A stretch of 64,000 nt of DNA from Heterodontus francisci (taxonomy: Eukaryota), in NCBI RefSeq assembly GCF_036365525.1, contig NC_090416.1:14790945-14854944 (forward strand), written 5' to 3'. Within the stretch, counting starts at the first letter, position 1, and each line of letters begins with the position of its first letter. Of the stretch, positions 11,901 through 25,237 are shown in pieces. The translations under genes and the position numbers were made by a program. The notes beneath the pieces were generated by a model. It had not been told where the DNA came from. It was given only the letters and a program-made list of their open reading frames with translations, and did not search any database.

Positions 11901-12943
11901 ATAAGAACATCACTTCTCTGCTTTTCAATGATATTCCTCCAGAAGTGAGCCCCAGGGCTTTGTTTGCACTTTTTACAGTAAAGATCACAAGCAATTACAT
12001 CAAAGGGGGTTTGCTTTAGAATTGTTTACAGCGAGTGAATGAACCAGGCATTTGATCAGCAGCAACAACAGGCCAGCACCTGAGGCCTGTCTTTACCGGG
12101 TTTGTATTTAGACCCTGAGTCGAGGTCACACTCCACATTCCGCGGTTGGATGAGCGAGTTCACTGTAAAATAACCCTGACAGAATCGGGTCACAGCATCC
12201 AGCGGTGGTTGAGGCTGAGTCACTCCGCAGTTTTTCTTTTAACCGGAATGGGACCATTTTATTCCTCTGATTTGCATTGCGTCTACCTGACCGTTTCATT
12301 TGAAAGCGTTTTCTTTCAGGAAGAAAGAAGAATTTGATAGAAACAAACACTTCTTATCTTTCGATGAAAGCAAGAGTCTAGCAGCTAATTGTTATTCATT
12401 CTCGGAATATGGGCGTCAATTATTAGGCCAGCATTTTTTGCCCATCCCAAATTGCCCTTGGGAAGGTGGTGGTGAATTGCCTTCTTGATCTGCTGCAGTA
12501 CTTGGGGTGTAGGTACATCAACAGTGCTGTTCGGGAGGGAGTTGCAGGATTTGGACCCAGTGACAGTGAAGGAACGGCGATGCAGTTCCAAGTCGTGATG
12601 GTGTGTGACTTGGAGGGGAACTTGCAGGTCGTGGTGTTTCTATGCACCCACTGCCCTTGTCCTTCCTGCTAGTGGAAGCCTGGGCGAGTTATTGCAGTGT
12701 TGCTTGTATGTGACAGGACACACTGCAGACCCAGTGCGCCGGTGATGGATGGAATGGATCTTTAGAGAATGATACTGAGGATCAGTTATTCCTATCCAAA
12801 CACCGGGCATTGCAGCTAAACAGGGCGCCATGTCACATTAACGAGGGCACTAGAAATGAATAAACTCTCTTCGGTGTGCGGTTTAACACTGAGTGTTTGA
12901 CCTTTGCAGGCAGTTGTGTGCGTGAGCGCCAGACCTGTAAAAA

Positions 12944-14900
12944 CAGGAAAACCACAGAGAGCTTCTACCTCGGACATTATTTTCCAGCTCAATCGCAAGT
13001 TAGTAAGAAATTGGGCCAGCGATTTCCACCAGTCGCTGCACATTGCACATCTGTGCACTTTGCACATCTCGTCGAAGGCTGCCCCAGCAGAATGGGTCTT
13101 TGTGAGGTTCACAGCAAGCGCCGCGGTCACAGGCAATGCGCCTCTTTGCTGCCAGCACCCTCTCTGTTTCAAGGTACCTGAATCACTTCTTTGTCATTTA
13201 AGGTCAAACATTTCTGTAATAACATTTCAGACGTTCAGTAAGTTACAACAATGTCCGCTCAATTCAAAACCAGTTCTACTAGTAATTAATTCTGCTGGGC
13301 GCTTAAAATATCGATTAATGGAACTTGCACTTTGCCCCAGTTTCCATCCGGTATCATTCTTCTGAAGATGCCAAGGCTTGACATGGATTCCACAGGAGTC
13401 TTCCAGAGAATTTCAGAGAATTTACAGCACGAGTTTGATGCTCCGATTTTCTATCTGCATCAGGTTTCCCATCAGAGAATCCCAGGAAAGAGTGATTTTA
13501 TTGAGCAGCAGTTGCTAAGTATTTGCATTCTGACCCTTCCGGTCGTCATAACCATCGCGGTGATCCTGGATCTACTCTTGATTCTCACTTCCATTTAGAT
13601 TCAGAAAAGCTGCAGTTCAGGTGAGAATTAATGTTTCTCAGTTTCATTTTAATCATCGTTCCCAGTCTCACTGTATTTCACACTGTGTCAAAGCCAGTTA
13701 AACACTAGCACGCATTCCAGTGGTTTAGATCTTTTAATATTTATTCTAAAACCACTCCACAATTCTCATCTCAATATTTATGGCAGGCGACAAAGGATTT
13801 ATGGTTTTGTCTGCATGCAGTTTCAGCTTGAAAGGAATGATTGGACCTTGAAAACCGAGAGCAGTGGGAGTCTACAATCATCATTTTAATTTGTATCCAA
13901 TCCTCATTATCTCTGTAACGGGAAACATGGCGAATCCATCAGCCTCACTGGTATCTAATAACAGGATAAGTTAAGGTTTCGGGAGTAATGTCTTCAACAG
14001 AAACTGATTCACAGGGTAATCCCAGCAGTTAGTGTTTTTATTAGAGATATCTATACCTTGCAGATTTTTAAAATCTTTACTGGTAGTCACGATTCCCCAG
14101 TAGGGATCTTGCTTTTTATAATTTAGCCGAAAGAATTATCAAGGGAATGCAGAAATGAGATGACATTCCTGGATAATTGTGTAGAGAATTCCAAGTACGT
14201 TCCTAAATGGTTTCCATCACAAGTCGTTATTCAAAATTTAAGCAGTTGTTTATGTGAATATATCTTTGTGTTCATACATGTGCACGTATGTGTGTTTATT
14301 TGTGTATGTGTGTCTATGTCTCTGTACCTGTGTCTCTGTGACTTAACGAGACGCTGTCCCTGTCTGCAGCACTAAGCAGGGAGCATGACCCCTCTTACCA
14401 CTAAACGTCTTTACCAATAATGCTCCAGACACACGAACAATCCTGGCTTGCCGCTAGGGTATTATAGAGCCGGATTCTATTCCCTGTCACCAACATCCTG
14501 GGTCCACAATCCGGAATTCTTCCCCTGGACACTGGAACCACTTACGCTGGCACATGATGTGGGACGACATCTCTGGATTGGTTGGACGTATATACCAATC
14601 AAACAGTCCTGTTGCCTGAGTTGGATATTTTGATTTGAGAAGGAATCGATAATGGGTTTTGTTTTGAGCTATTTTCTAATTTATATTCGTCTCCTGTTGG
14701 CTATAAGATTCGTGCTTTATGGTGAACCAGTAAACTGATACAAACATGATTTAAATATCTATATATTTCCTTGTCTTAATATATTTTCTAGGCTCAGAGC
14801 AGCCCACGTGACCAGACCTTTGCCACAGGCTTAGTTCTTGCTGCATTCAAACTGTCAGCAACACGAAGGCGGGAGAGAGACAAGAACTCAAGTGGTTTTC
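12944..14900 (+). pseudogene. Remnant D1: promoter and leader-like exon, A-type TM exon with stop, decayed last exon; no V or C1
   Basis: Family promoter motif at 12944; leader-like 13136-13173 (ATG CGC CTC TTT..CTG TTT CAA G|GT, frameshifted); TM remnant about 13524-13620 (CILTLPVVITIAVILDLLLILTSI*IQKSCSS) homologous to the A TM with TGG to TAG at 13596-13598; from 14791 resembles the A last exon and 3' UTR. Confidence 0.65.
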
Positions 14901-17425
14901 ATCAGATTTACAAAGGAATCCACTGCCGGCTGAAACAGACATTTAACTTGCAAAGTAAAACAACGGAGACTCTCAGCACACACCTAAACTATCTTAAACT
15001 AAGGTGGTTTAGATGATTAAAAGATTCAATAGGGTGGAGAGAGAGAAACTACTTCCTTATATAAAAGCAAAATACGCAGATGCTGGAAATATGAAACACA
15101 AACATGAAATACTGGAAATACTCAGCAGGTCTGGCAGAATCTGTGGAGGTAGAAGCAGAGTTAATGTTTCAGGTCAGTGACCTGATGAAGGGATATGTTG
15201 GGGTGAGTTCAGAACAAGGGGGCAGAACCTTAAAATTAGAGACTGGCCGTTCAGAGGTGATGTCAGGAAGCACTTCTTCACACAAAGGGGAGTGGAAATC
15301 TGGAACTCTCTCCCCCAAAAAGCTGTTGAGGCTGGGGCTCAATTGGAAAATTCCAAATTGATATTAATAGATTATGGTTGGCTCAGGGATTAAAGGTTAC
15401 AGAATCGCGGATGTTAAATGGAGTTAAGATACAGATCAGCCACAATCAAACTGAATACCGGAACTGCCCTGAGGGGCGATACTGATATATGATCAATACA
15501 TGTCCAAAGATCTCACCTGCGAGTTGACCTGCAACTCACTCAGAGAAGAACCTGATTTGAGTAGATATTGCTGCTGGCCGCTAGGGGCGCTCTATCTCGA
15601 GTTTCCATTCAGTGTCTCTGAAACACAGGACCCTCCAGTCGCTTTACATAGAATTACATCGAATGTATGGCATAGAAACAGGCCATTCGGCCCAACAGCT
15701 TTACTGTGCCTTCCCTAAAGAGCGACGAACATTGACCTATCAATTTACCTGAGACTAATTAATGAAACAGGAGTGATTGATTTACCGTTTATTAAATGTG
15801 CTTAATTCTTGAAAGATTTTGTTGTGCCCGTTCTATCTCTAAAATGAATGCTCGTGGAACCGTGTTCTTTCCCAGAGTATAGTAGTGAGTTGCACTGCCA
15901 TAGGATTTAAAAACACTGCACATCCCGGTGTCAGCAGTGGCTCAGTTACCACTTGAGTCAGAAGGTTGTGGGTTCCAGTCCCAGTCCAGATCTCAGGATG
16001 TCTCAAAATGCTTTACATCGCATGAAATACTTTGGAAGATTGCGCACAGCAAGCTCCCACAAACTGCAAAATTCGAATGACCAGATAATCTGCTTTAGTG
16101 ATGTTGGTCGTGGAATTAACATCGATCGGGGCAACCCTGCTTTTCTTCAAAAGAGTGCATGAGTTATTTTACGTCTGAGAGGGTTCGGATTGACGTCTCA
16201 TCCTGAAGCCGACATCTCCAACAGTGCGGCACGCCCTCAGTACTGCACTGGGAGTGTCAGTCTATATTTGTGCGCAAGCCGCCTGAGTGGGAATAGAATC
16301 CACAATCCTCTGACTCAGAGCTGAGCAGAGGAGGTTGTTATATTCTCTAAATGCTGAAATGAACACTCTCCGAACAGAATTGTCAACCACAAGGCCAAAT
16401 ACGGAGGAAAAATCCTCCACTGAACCAACCGATTCCTTGCGATTCCTGGGACGACGTGAACACCTTAGATAATACCTAGGAATTAAATCCAATCCACAAT
16501 AAAATTGTACAGACGGTATCTATACATGTATGTTTCAACATAACACACACCTTGCGGAATAGAGTTGCACCTACTTATGCTGTTCCAGAATAAAATGAAT
16601 TCCAGTGCTGACACATTATAATACAAAGACATTTACTCGCATTAAATTGCATCTGGGATTGGTTTCACCATTTCACCTGTCTGTACATCTCATCCTGAGT
16701 CTGCTTCTATTATGCCGACTATTTATTGCATTGTCAAATTTCGCATCATTCGTAAACAGCGAAATTGTGCTCGCTCCAGCAAAGTCATATATATATATTC
16801 CTAATCCGATGCACTGGAGGGCCCCACTGCATACTTCCCTGCAGTCAGAAAAACATCTGTTCATCACTACTCTCTGCCTCTTATCCCTCAGCTAATTTCC
16901 GTGCCCAGGTTACCAGCGTGCCTTTAATACCATGTGCTTCTATTTGCTGAATAATTATGTTATGAGGCACTTTCTCAAATATATAATATATATGCATTAA
17001 ATTCATATATTATAAATGAATTGGATAGTTACCTGGAATGAAAAATTTGCAGGTCTCTGAGGAAAGGGGAGTGGGTTCAGTTTACACAGATCCATCACTG
17101 ACACGATGGGCCGAATTCCGTCCTTCTGTGCTGTAACCATTCTATTACCCTATAACATCCAAAGCACTGCCTTCATCAAACATTTTTGTCGCTCATTCAG
17201 AAGCACAATGGGCTGGATTTTATCAAATGACATGAAGTTCCAAGACCAGGGTCATTTGCGGGTCACGCAGCCGCGGGGGTGGGTGGCGGGGCCTCCGTGG
17301 CGATCTTCCCCAAAAGAAGGTCTGGCTGGAGGTGGCCGAGGAAGTCAGCAGCCACGGGGTGGTCAGCCAAATATGGGTGCCGCGCTGGAAGCGCTTCAAT
17401 GACCCAGTGAGGCCTGGCAAGGTAA

Positions 17426-17780
17426 GGCGGCACAGTGGCGCAGTGGTTAGCACCGCAGCCTCACAGCTCCAGGGACCCGGGTTCGATTCTGGGTACTGCC
17501 TGTGCGGAGTTTGCAAGTTCTCCCTGTGTCTGCGTGGGTTTCCTCCGGGTGCTCCGGTTTCCTCCCACATGCCAAAGACTTGCAGGTTGATAGGTTAATT
17601 GGCCATTATAAATTGCCCCTAGTATAGGTAGGTGGTAGGGAAATATATAGGGACAGGTGGGGATGTGATAGGAATATGGGATTAGTGTAGGATTAGTATA
17701 AATGGGTGGTTGATGGTCGGCACAGACTCGCTGGGCCGAAGGGCCTGTTTCAGTGCTGTATCTCTAAACATAAACTGAAC
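17426..17780 (+). mobile_element. Full-length tRNA-derived V-SINE (HE1-like)
   Basis: tRNA-like head with A box (TGGCGCAGTGG) and B box (GGTTCGATTC), V-domain GCGTGGGTTTCCTCCGGGTGCTCCGGTTTCCTCCCACA, and LINE-like tail. Absent at the homologous site near 51250. Confidence 0.88.
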
Positions 17781-20081
17781 ATGATGGCAAGGTGGCAGCC
17801 CTGAATGTCTTATATGGCGGCCACGAGATGTGAGGCAAGATGAAAGACCCAAGCACAGGGAGTCACCAAGAATCACTGTGTGCAATGAGCCACAGTGACC
17901 TCTAATAATGTAGATGGAGGAGGAAGCGATGGAGATTGGATGGGTGGCAGCAGGTCAGCCTGTCGCAGGGGGTGAGGTGGTTGTGGAGCCCAGACAGAGT
18001 GAGAACTGCGATGGTCATGGTGCTAAACCTTTCACTAGTGTTTGCAGTGACGTCTCTGTGGCCCTTGATAATCACATGAAGCTTTGGATTCTGGACAGGG
18101 AGGAGGATGTGGGTGAGCATGGAGGTTGTTACCACCACTCTCGTCTCAGCTGCAGGACCAATAGCGGATGAGGCACCGCCGAGGGCATCGGAGCCACCTG
18201 AGACCTCAGAAGATGTGTCTCCATCCACCAGCAGAGATACTCTCATGTCTGTGGGCATCGATGCACGAATGGAACGGGTGGCACCAGCTGGTGAGAATGG
18301 CACAGACACCACCGCAACAATATAGAAGCAAAATACTGCGGATGCTGGAAATCTGAAATTGAAACAAGAAATGCTGGAACCACTCAGCAGGTCTGGCAGC
18401 ATCCACACCGCAACAATGAGAGCTGCATCCAGACCCCACCAGAATTGATGTGTTGAAAGCAGCTGGGGTGAAGAAGCATCGAGAGAACTAGAGAGGGAAT
18501 TGCCAGTAGTTGGTGTTTGGAACCAGCTGGACCCAGTAGCAAAGGGCTATCAGGAGCCAATGGTGCTTTCTGATTCGAAGTCACGAAGCAAAAGTGCCAG
18601 CGAGGCCCATGCTTTAACTGGTGAATCCACAATCGTGAGTTGCTGAAGGAGAGTTAAAGGGTTCGCCAGTGTAACCACACTAAAAGTCTCTTTCAAATAT
18701 TTGGCCCCAAACTGCTCAAGCTTCAGCGGAAATCAATACCAGTTCAACAGCTTCCAAAGGACAGTAGGGGGCAGAATATCTCTGTATTTATCCTGTGCTC
18801 AAGGGGTTTGCATTTGGACACTGGGAAATTACACAGAATTACAGAGAAATTACACCACAGAATCAGACCATTCGGCCTATCTGAATCATGCTGGTGTTTC
18901 TGCACCATCCGAGCCACCTCCTACTACTCTTCATCTCACCCTGTCAGCATATCCTTCTATTCCTTTCTCCCTCATGTGTTTATCCAGCTTCCTTTTAAAT
19001 GCATTACTGCTATTCACATCAACCACTCCCTTCAGTAAAGAGTTCCCCATTCTCACCACTCTCTGAGTAAAGAAGTTTCTCCTGAATTCCTGATTGAATT
19101 TATTAGTGACTATCTTATATTAATGGACCCTAGTTCTGGTCTCCCCGACAAGTGGAAACATCTTTTCTACGTCTACCCTATTGAACCCTTCATAATTTGA
19201 AAGACCTCGATCAGACCATCCCTCAGTCTTCTCTTTAGGAAAAAGAGCTCCAGGCTGTGTCACTTTTCACAGAGTTCACGCCCCCATACTCAACCTGATT
19301 AGCTCAAAGGTTCACCCAAAATAATACAAGTGCATTCAAAAAGCGATTCCAACCGTGCTTTTCAGGAGTTTACACACAGATACTTCAACAAAAAGTAAAA
19401 TACTGCAGAGCTGGAAATCTGATATCAAGGAAAAATAATGGAAATGCTCAGCAGGTCAGGCAGCATCAGCGGAGAGAGAAACGACTTGCATTTGTATAGC
19501 GCCTTTAACTGAGTTAAATCTCGCAAGGCGTCTCACTGGAGAGTTATTCTGACCAAATTTGACACCAAGCCACATAAAGATGCATTAGCTCAGGTGACCA
19601 AAAGCTTAGCGCCTTAAAGGAGGAGAGAGAGGCGGAGAGGTTTAGGGAGAGAACTGCACAGCTTAGGGCCCCCAGGCAGCTGAAGGCACGGCCGCCAATG
19701 GTGGAGCGATGGGAATCGGGGGGATGGGCGAAAGGCAAGAATTGGAGGAGAGCGGAGATCTCAGAGGGCTGTAGGGGTTGGAGCAGGTGACAGAGATAAG
19801 GAGAGGGTGAGGACCATGGAGAGAGTGGGAAACAAGGATGATAATTTTAAAATGGAGGCATTACCGGACTAGCAGCTAATGCAGAAGAGCGAGTGCACGG
19901 AGGTGATGGGTGAATGGGACTTGGTGTGAGTTAGCATACGGGGCAGCAGCGCTTTGGATGAGCTGAACATGGGAGGTTGGCCAGACTTTCATGTCACTGA
20001 CCTTTCAGCAGCTCTGATGTAAGGTCATCGAGCAGAAATGTTAACTTTGTTTCACTCTCTACTGATGTTACCTGACTTGAT

Positions 20082-20970
20082 GAGGTGAGAGTGATTGCCT
20101 AGGATATCAAGGCAACATTTGACCGAGTGTGGCATGAAGGAGCCCTCGCAAAACTGATGTCAGTTGGAATTAAGAAGTATGTTCTCCACTATTGAAAGCC
20201 ATACCTAGCACAATGGTAGATGGCTGTGGTAGATGGAGGCCAATCATCTCAGTCCCAGAACATCACTGCAGTGGTTCCTCAGGGTAGTGTCCTAGGCCGA
20301 AACATCTTCAGCTGCTTCATCATTACCTTCCCTCCATCAAAAGCTCCTATGTAGTGTATGTTCGCGGATGATTGCATGATGTTCAGTACCATTGACAGCT
20401 CCTCTGGTACTTAAGCCGTCTGTGTCCATATGCAGCATCGCTGTTTTGGGCTGAGAAGTGCCAAGCAACATTCGCCCCACACAAATGCCAGTCATGACAA
20501 TCTCAAAAAACAGAAAAATGAATTATCTCCCCTTGACATTCACCAGTATTACCATCACCGAATCCCCCACGATCCACACCCTGGGGTTTACCATTGACCA
20601 GAACCTGAACTGGAGCAACCATATAAATATGGTTGACCTCCCCCCCGCACCCCAACGCCTTTCCACCATCCACAAGGCACAAGTCAGGAGTGTAATGAAA
20701 TGCTGTCCACTTGCCTGGATGAGTGTGTTTGTAACAACACTCAAGAAGCTCGACACCATCCAGATAAAAGTAGCCCGCTTGATGGGCACCCCATCCACCA
20801 CCTTCAACGTTCACTCCGTCCACCACTGAAACACAGTAGAAGCATTGTGTCCCATGTTAAAGATGCACTGCAGCAACTCACCAAGGCTCCTTCAACAGCA
20901 CCTTCCAAGTCCGTGACCTCGACCATCTAAAGGACAAGGGTAGCAGGCGCATGGGAACACCACCACCTGC
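20082..20970 (+). mobile_element. Decayed non-LTR retrotransposon reverse-transcriptase fragment
   Basis: DIKATFDRVWH, VPQGSVLG, MFADD and LGFTIDQNLNW motifs with frameshifts. Confidence 0.85.
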
Positions 20971-21345
20971 ATTGTATAGATTTTTATTGGCTATGGGGAT
21001 TGAGGGAGATGGTACCAAGGCGTGTCGATAGGCTTAAGACTCAGATCAAATTGAATGTGGAAACCAGGCTCGAAGGGCTAAATGGCCTCCTCCTGTTCCT
21101 ATGAAGTGGTTAATGTCTGGGAACCCTGCAATGAATGAACTGCATGTCTCCCCTGCATCGATGATATTAGATTTCCTCTGAGCAATAACCCCCTAGTCCT
21201 TTTGTATTAGTGGCGATAGCTGACGGGACACTGCTCTCAGACTCTTTTAAAACCATTCGATCCGCAAATCACCGAGGAACCACTCAGTGGAAGGAATCGA
21301 GTCCAGGGTCAATTGACCTTTGAGGTTTGTACTACCTCATCGTCG

Positions 21346-21359
21346 CCACAAGAGGGCAC
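21346..21359 (+). promoter_or_regulatory. Candidate CTCF site
   Basis: CCACAAGAGGGCAC is close to the CTCF core; the homologous GCACGAGAGGGCAC is at 57860-57873. Confidence 0.4.
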
Positions 21360-21469
21360 CAAACAGTAGCACTCTCTCGAAATTCACATTTCCGGTCTAA
21401 GCTGTCAGTTCCTCGATTGTCAATTATAAAAACAAAAACCCTGATACCAATGGCAATCCACGTACTTTT

Positions 21470-21860
21470 AAAGATCTGATGAGAGTTTCTGCCTCTACCA
21501 TCCTTTCAGGCAGTGAGTTCCATGTTCCTATCACCCTCTGGGTGAAAAATTGTTTCCTCATATACCCTCTAATCATTCCATCAATTACTTTAAATCTATG
21601 CCCCCTGGCTTATCCCCCCTCTTCTAAGGTAAATAGGTCGCCCCTATTTACTCTGTCTAAGCTGATAATTTTATACACCGTAATTATGTCATCCCTCAGA
21701 CTCCTCTGTTCGAAGTAAAATAGCCTCAGCCTCTCCAATCGTCCCTCATAGTTAAAATTCTCCAGTCCTGGCAACATCATCACAAATCTCCTCTGCACCC
21801 TTTCCATTACAATTACGACTTTCCTATAATGTAGTAACCAGAAGATCACGCATTACTCAT
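21470..21860 (-). mobile_element. CR1-clade LINE 3' fragment
   Basis: ERVQRRFVMMLPGLENFNYEGRLERL; duplicate at about 57990-58350. Confidence 0.75.
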
Positions 21861-22865
21861 GCTATGGACTAGATTTGGCTGTGAGTTATACTGTCAGTTA
21901 ATTTTATTTATCGAGATTCACTTGTGTGAACAGTTGAGTACCTGAATGGTTCTGGAAATTAAAGAATGGGAATTATATGCAGCTCTAAGTTGCACTCGGT
22001 TTACTTCAGTCTCTCGAAGTTTCGGATCTCTGTTTAGTGGTTACACCTAAACCAATCATAATTAAAAGAGTGAAATAATTCATTTATTAATGTTGGGGCT
22101 CTTTCGTTTCCAAAATGCAGTCAGTTCTACTTCTCAAGTCTGCTTCTTGCACTGTCTTTGATACTTATCTGTTTCGGTTTTATATTGTCTACCCTACTTC
22201 ATTGGCTCTGAATTCTCCGTCCCTCAAATTTGTATTCACCCTTGTTATAGATCAGCCTTAATGGATCCTATCCGTGAGTGTCTAACAGTAGGGAAGATGT
22301 TTCCATTTGTGGACGAGGTCAGAACTAGGAGCCACGAATGTAAGATAGTTGATAAAAAATTCAATTGGCAATTCAGGAGAAATTTATCTACCCAGAGAGT
22401 GGTGAGAATGTGGAACTCGCTACCACAGGGAGTGGTTGAGGGGAATAGCCGAGATACATTTAAGGGGAAGCTGGATAAATATATGAGGGAGAGAGGGATA
22501 GAAGAATATATAGAAGAATAGGGTGAGATTAAGGGGAAGGATGAGATGAGACCCGTGTGGAGCAGAAGCGCCGGCATAGATTAGATGGGTCGAATAACCT
22601 GTTTCTGTGCTGGATATTTCATGTCATCCTCTGGAGAATAGAACCTGTTCAGTCTTTCCTGATAGTTAAAATCTCTCAGTTCTAGTATCATCCTTGTGAA
22701 TCTTTACTGCACCTTCTCTACTGCCTCTGTATCCTTTCTGCAATGTGGAGACCAGAACTGTGAACTGTAAGTCCCAGTGTGGTCTAACTAATATGAGCAG
22801 AAACGTGGGTCTCTTTGTAAAACAGATACTGCATGTGTGCGTGTCAGCACTCGATCTTGTATAAA

Positions 22866-22879
22866 CAGGAAACCCACAG
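22866..22879 (+). promoter_or_regulatory. Conserved ETS/RUNX-like promoter element upstream of B1
   Basis: CAGGAAACCCACAG 191 bp upstream of the ATG; recurs 169-192 bp upstream of all plus-strand leaders. Confidence 0.55.
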
Positions 22880-23056
22880 AGAGGTCTCTACCTCGGCACA
22901 GTTTACCAGCCCAGTCGTGCATTCATTAAAAAACCCAGAGGCCAATTTCCGCAATCCACTCTTCATTTCACCCCTCCTTCAGCACCGATGTAACGAGACG
23001 ACTTCTCAGTGATTTACTGACGAGTAGCTCAGAGCTCACCATCTGGGTCACGGAGA

Positions 23057-25178
23057 ATGAGCTTTCTCGGTGTCTGCGCTTTGTCCCATCTCATCCAGGG
23101 TGAGATATCCTGATATATTCTGTTAGAGTGAAGAAGGGGTTGGATAGAGTAAATAAGAAGGGTTTTGATAGAGGAAAATTGTTTCCACTGGCAGGACGGT
23201 CGGTAACCAGACGACACAGATTTAAGATAATTGGTAAAAGTACCAGAGGGGAAGATGAGAAGAATTTTTTTCAACACGACCAGTTGTTGTGATTTTCCGC
23301 CCTGTGTGATTCGAGAAGATGACATAGCGCGCAATTTTAATAAGAAAAACGACTGTATTCAGCTCAGTTGAAGATTATGTTCTCCAGTCAATGACAATAC
23401 AGCGACATGGAATTGGATTACTCACATCCGTAAATGTAATTAATCTGAAACTGAATTTCCTCCTGGGAGATGAGGAAAATCATAGCTGGAAAATGTAGCT
23501 TTGAAACAGGCTCTTTAAATCTCAACTTCAGACAGTTTCCATGTTCCTCCCCAGTGAGAAAACTAGATTTGGCGGTGAATGGACTCGGTCTGCGCCTTTA
23601 GAAAGTGAGGGTAAAAACAGCGCAGTCAACACGGCGGGTGCATATTTACCCCGGGTTTTAACAGGATGCGAGGCGCCCGATTTTCCGACATACGAACCGA
23701 GGCGCGTTTGGAGGCAATTTTAGATTTTTATTTATCTTGACCGAAGGTTGTGTTCGGGGGTCCATTACCTGACGTGAATATGTTTTGTTTCCTGTTCAGT
23801 TGTTGTCTCTCAGACAGTCTTGTCCCAGTCTCCGCCGATTCAAACAGTCCATGTGGGAAGCCGTGTTAAACTGAATTGCCACACCGAGAGGTTAGTAGCT
23901 AGCTATGTGGTCTGGTACAGACAGCAGCACCGGAGGGACATGCAGCTCCTTTACACAGTGGGCAAAAACTACCCTGCAGATGGAAGGTTTTCCAGCGATG
24001 TTGATGATAAATCGGGTAATTATGCTCTGGTGATTTCAAATGTAGAGAGAAATGATTCTGGGATGTATTACTGTACGATCAACAATTACCAGAACTTGGC
24101 CCGAACATTTGGAAATGGCTCCACGCTGGTGGTTACAGGTAAATCTTCATGAATATTTCATTCAGTTGGCCATCGACATATCAATTGAAAATGTGTCTTT
24201 TAAAACTGTTAATCCCAGTTCCGTTTTATTTGCCCACTTTAGAGGGTCCCCCGGCCGTGTTTCTCTTAACTCCGCCGCCCGCTGAAATTTCCTCCATGGA
24301 AAAGATCCCATTGATGTGTTTGGTCAGAGGCCTGTCTCCCCATTCCCTTCCCATCCTCTGGAATGTTTCCGGACGGGTTACCGAGGGACAGATCGATTAC
24401 GGGACAATAGACGAGGACGGGACATACAGTGTCAGGAGTCACATTAGCGTCCCGGCCGAAACGTGGGGCAGCGGTGTTGTCTGTATTTGCACTGTTCAAA
24501 TCAACTCTACAGAGAATCATATCAGTGAAAGTGTCTCATCTCAGAGAGGTAACTATTAACAGTGACCCTTTACTAATTTATTTAATGCGGATAAGAGGCT
24601 CGTTTAATAACTGTAAAACATTGTACACTCCGAACATCTGTCTTTCCACGTGTCCATACATAATGATCTCGTCATCGACCTATCGTATATCAATATTCAG
24701 TGTTTACCTCCCCTAATGTTCAAGTCCATCTGTTTTCCCCACCCCAGAGAGTTGTGGTTGCTCAGACATTGAGTATATTCATGGCCGAGATTGATAGATT
24801 ATTGGGCACTAAGGGGAATTAAGGAATGTGGGGATGTGACGGGATAATGGAGTTGAGGCGGAAGATTAAGCTTGATCTGATTCAAAGGGGCAGCACCCTC
24901 GAGGGGCCGAATGGCCTACTCTTGTTCCCATTTTTTGAGTTCTAGTGTCCAGCTGGGCCACACTTTTTCATGGTTGGAGGTCAGTGTCTGTCTGATTGGT
25001 CTTTCCGTAAAGTTGGAAGATGTGATTATATTTCCAGTCCGCCACTTTCTCTGAGCATATCTGTATATAATTATCTATTAATCTGTCTGTCTGTCTACTT
25101 AACATCCGCAAAATATCTGTCTGTCCTAGTAAAACAGTGTGGCACAAGATAACTCCTCTGTCAGTCTCTCTCTCTCTT

Positions 25179-25237
<59 letters not shown>

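Noticed and set aside
17426-17500. tRNA gene
   Set aside because: It is the tRNA-derived head of a V-SINE, followed by the SINE body and tail.
23954-23970. RSS-like CACAGTG followed by GCAAAAACT inside the B1 V exon
   Set aside because: Spacer is 1 nt, not 12 or 23; it lies in CDR2 coding sequence and is not conserved in B2.
23800-24548. Conventional rearranging TCR or Ig light/heavy chain locus
   Set aside because: V and J are in one exon in every copy, no RSS or D/J segments were seen, the TM has no charged residue, and the tails are multi-exon with YxxL motifs.
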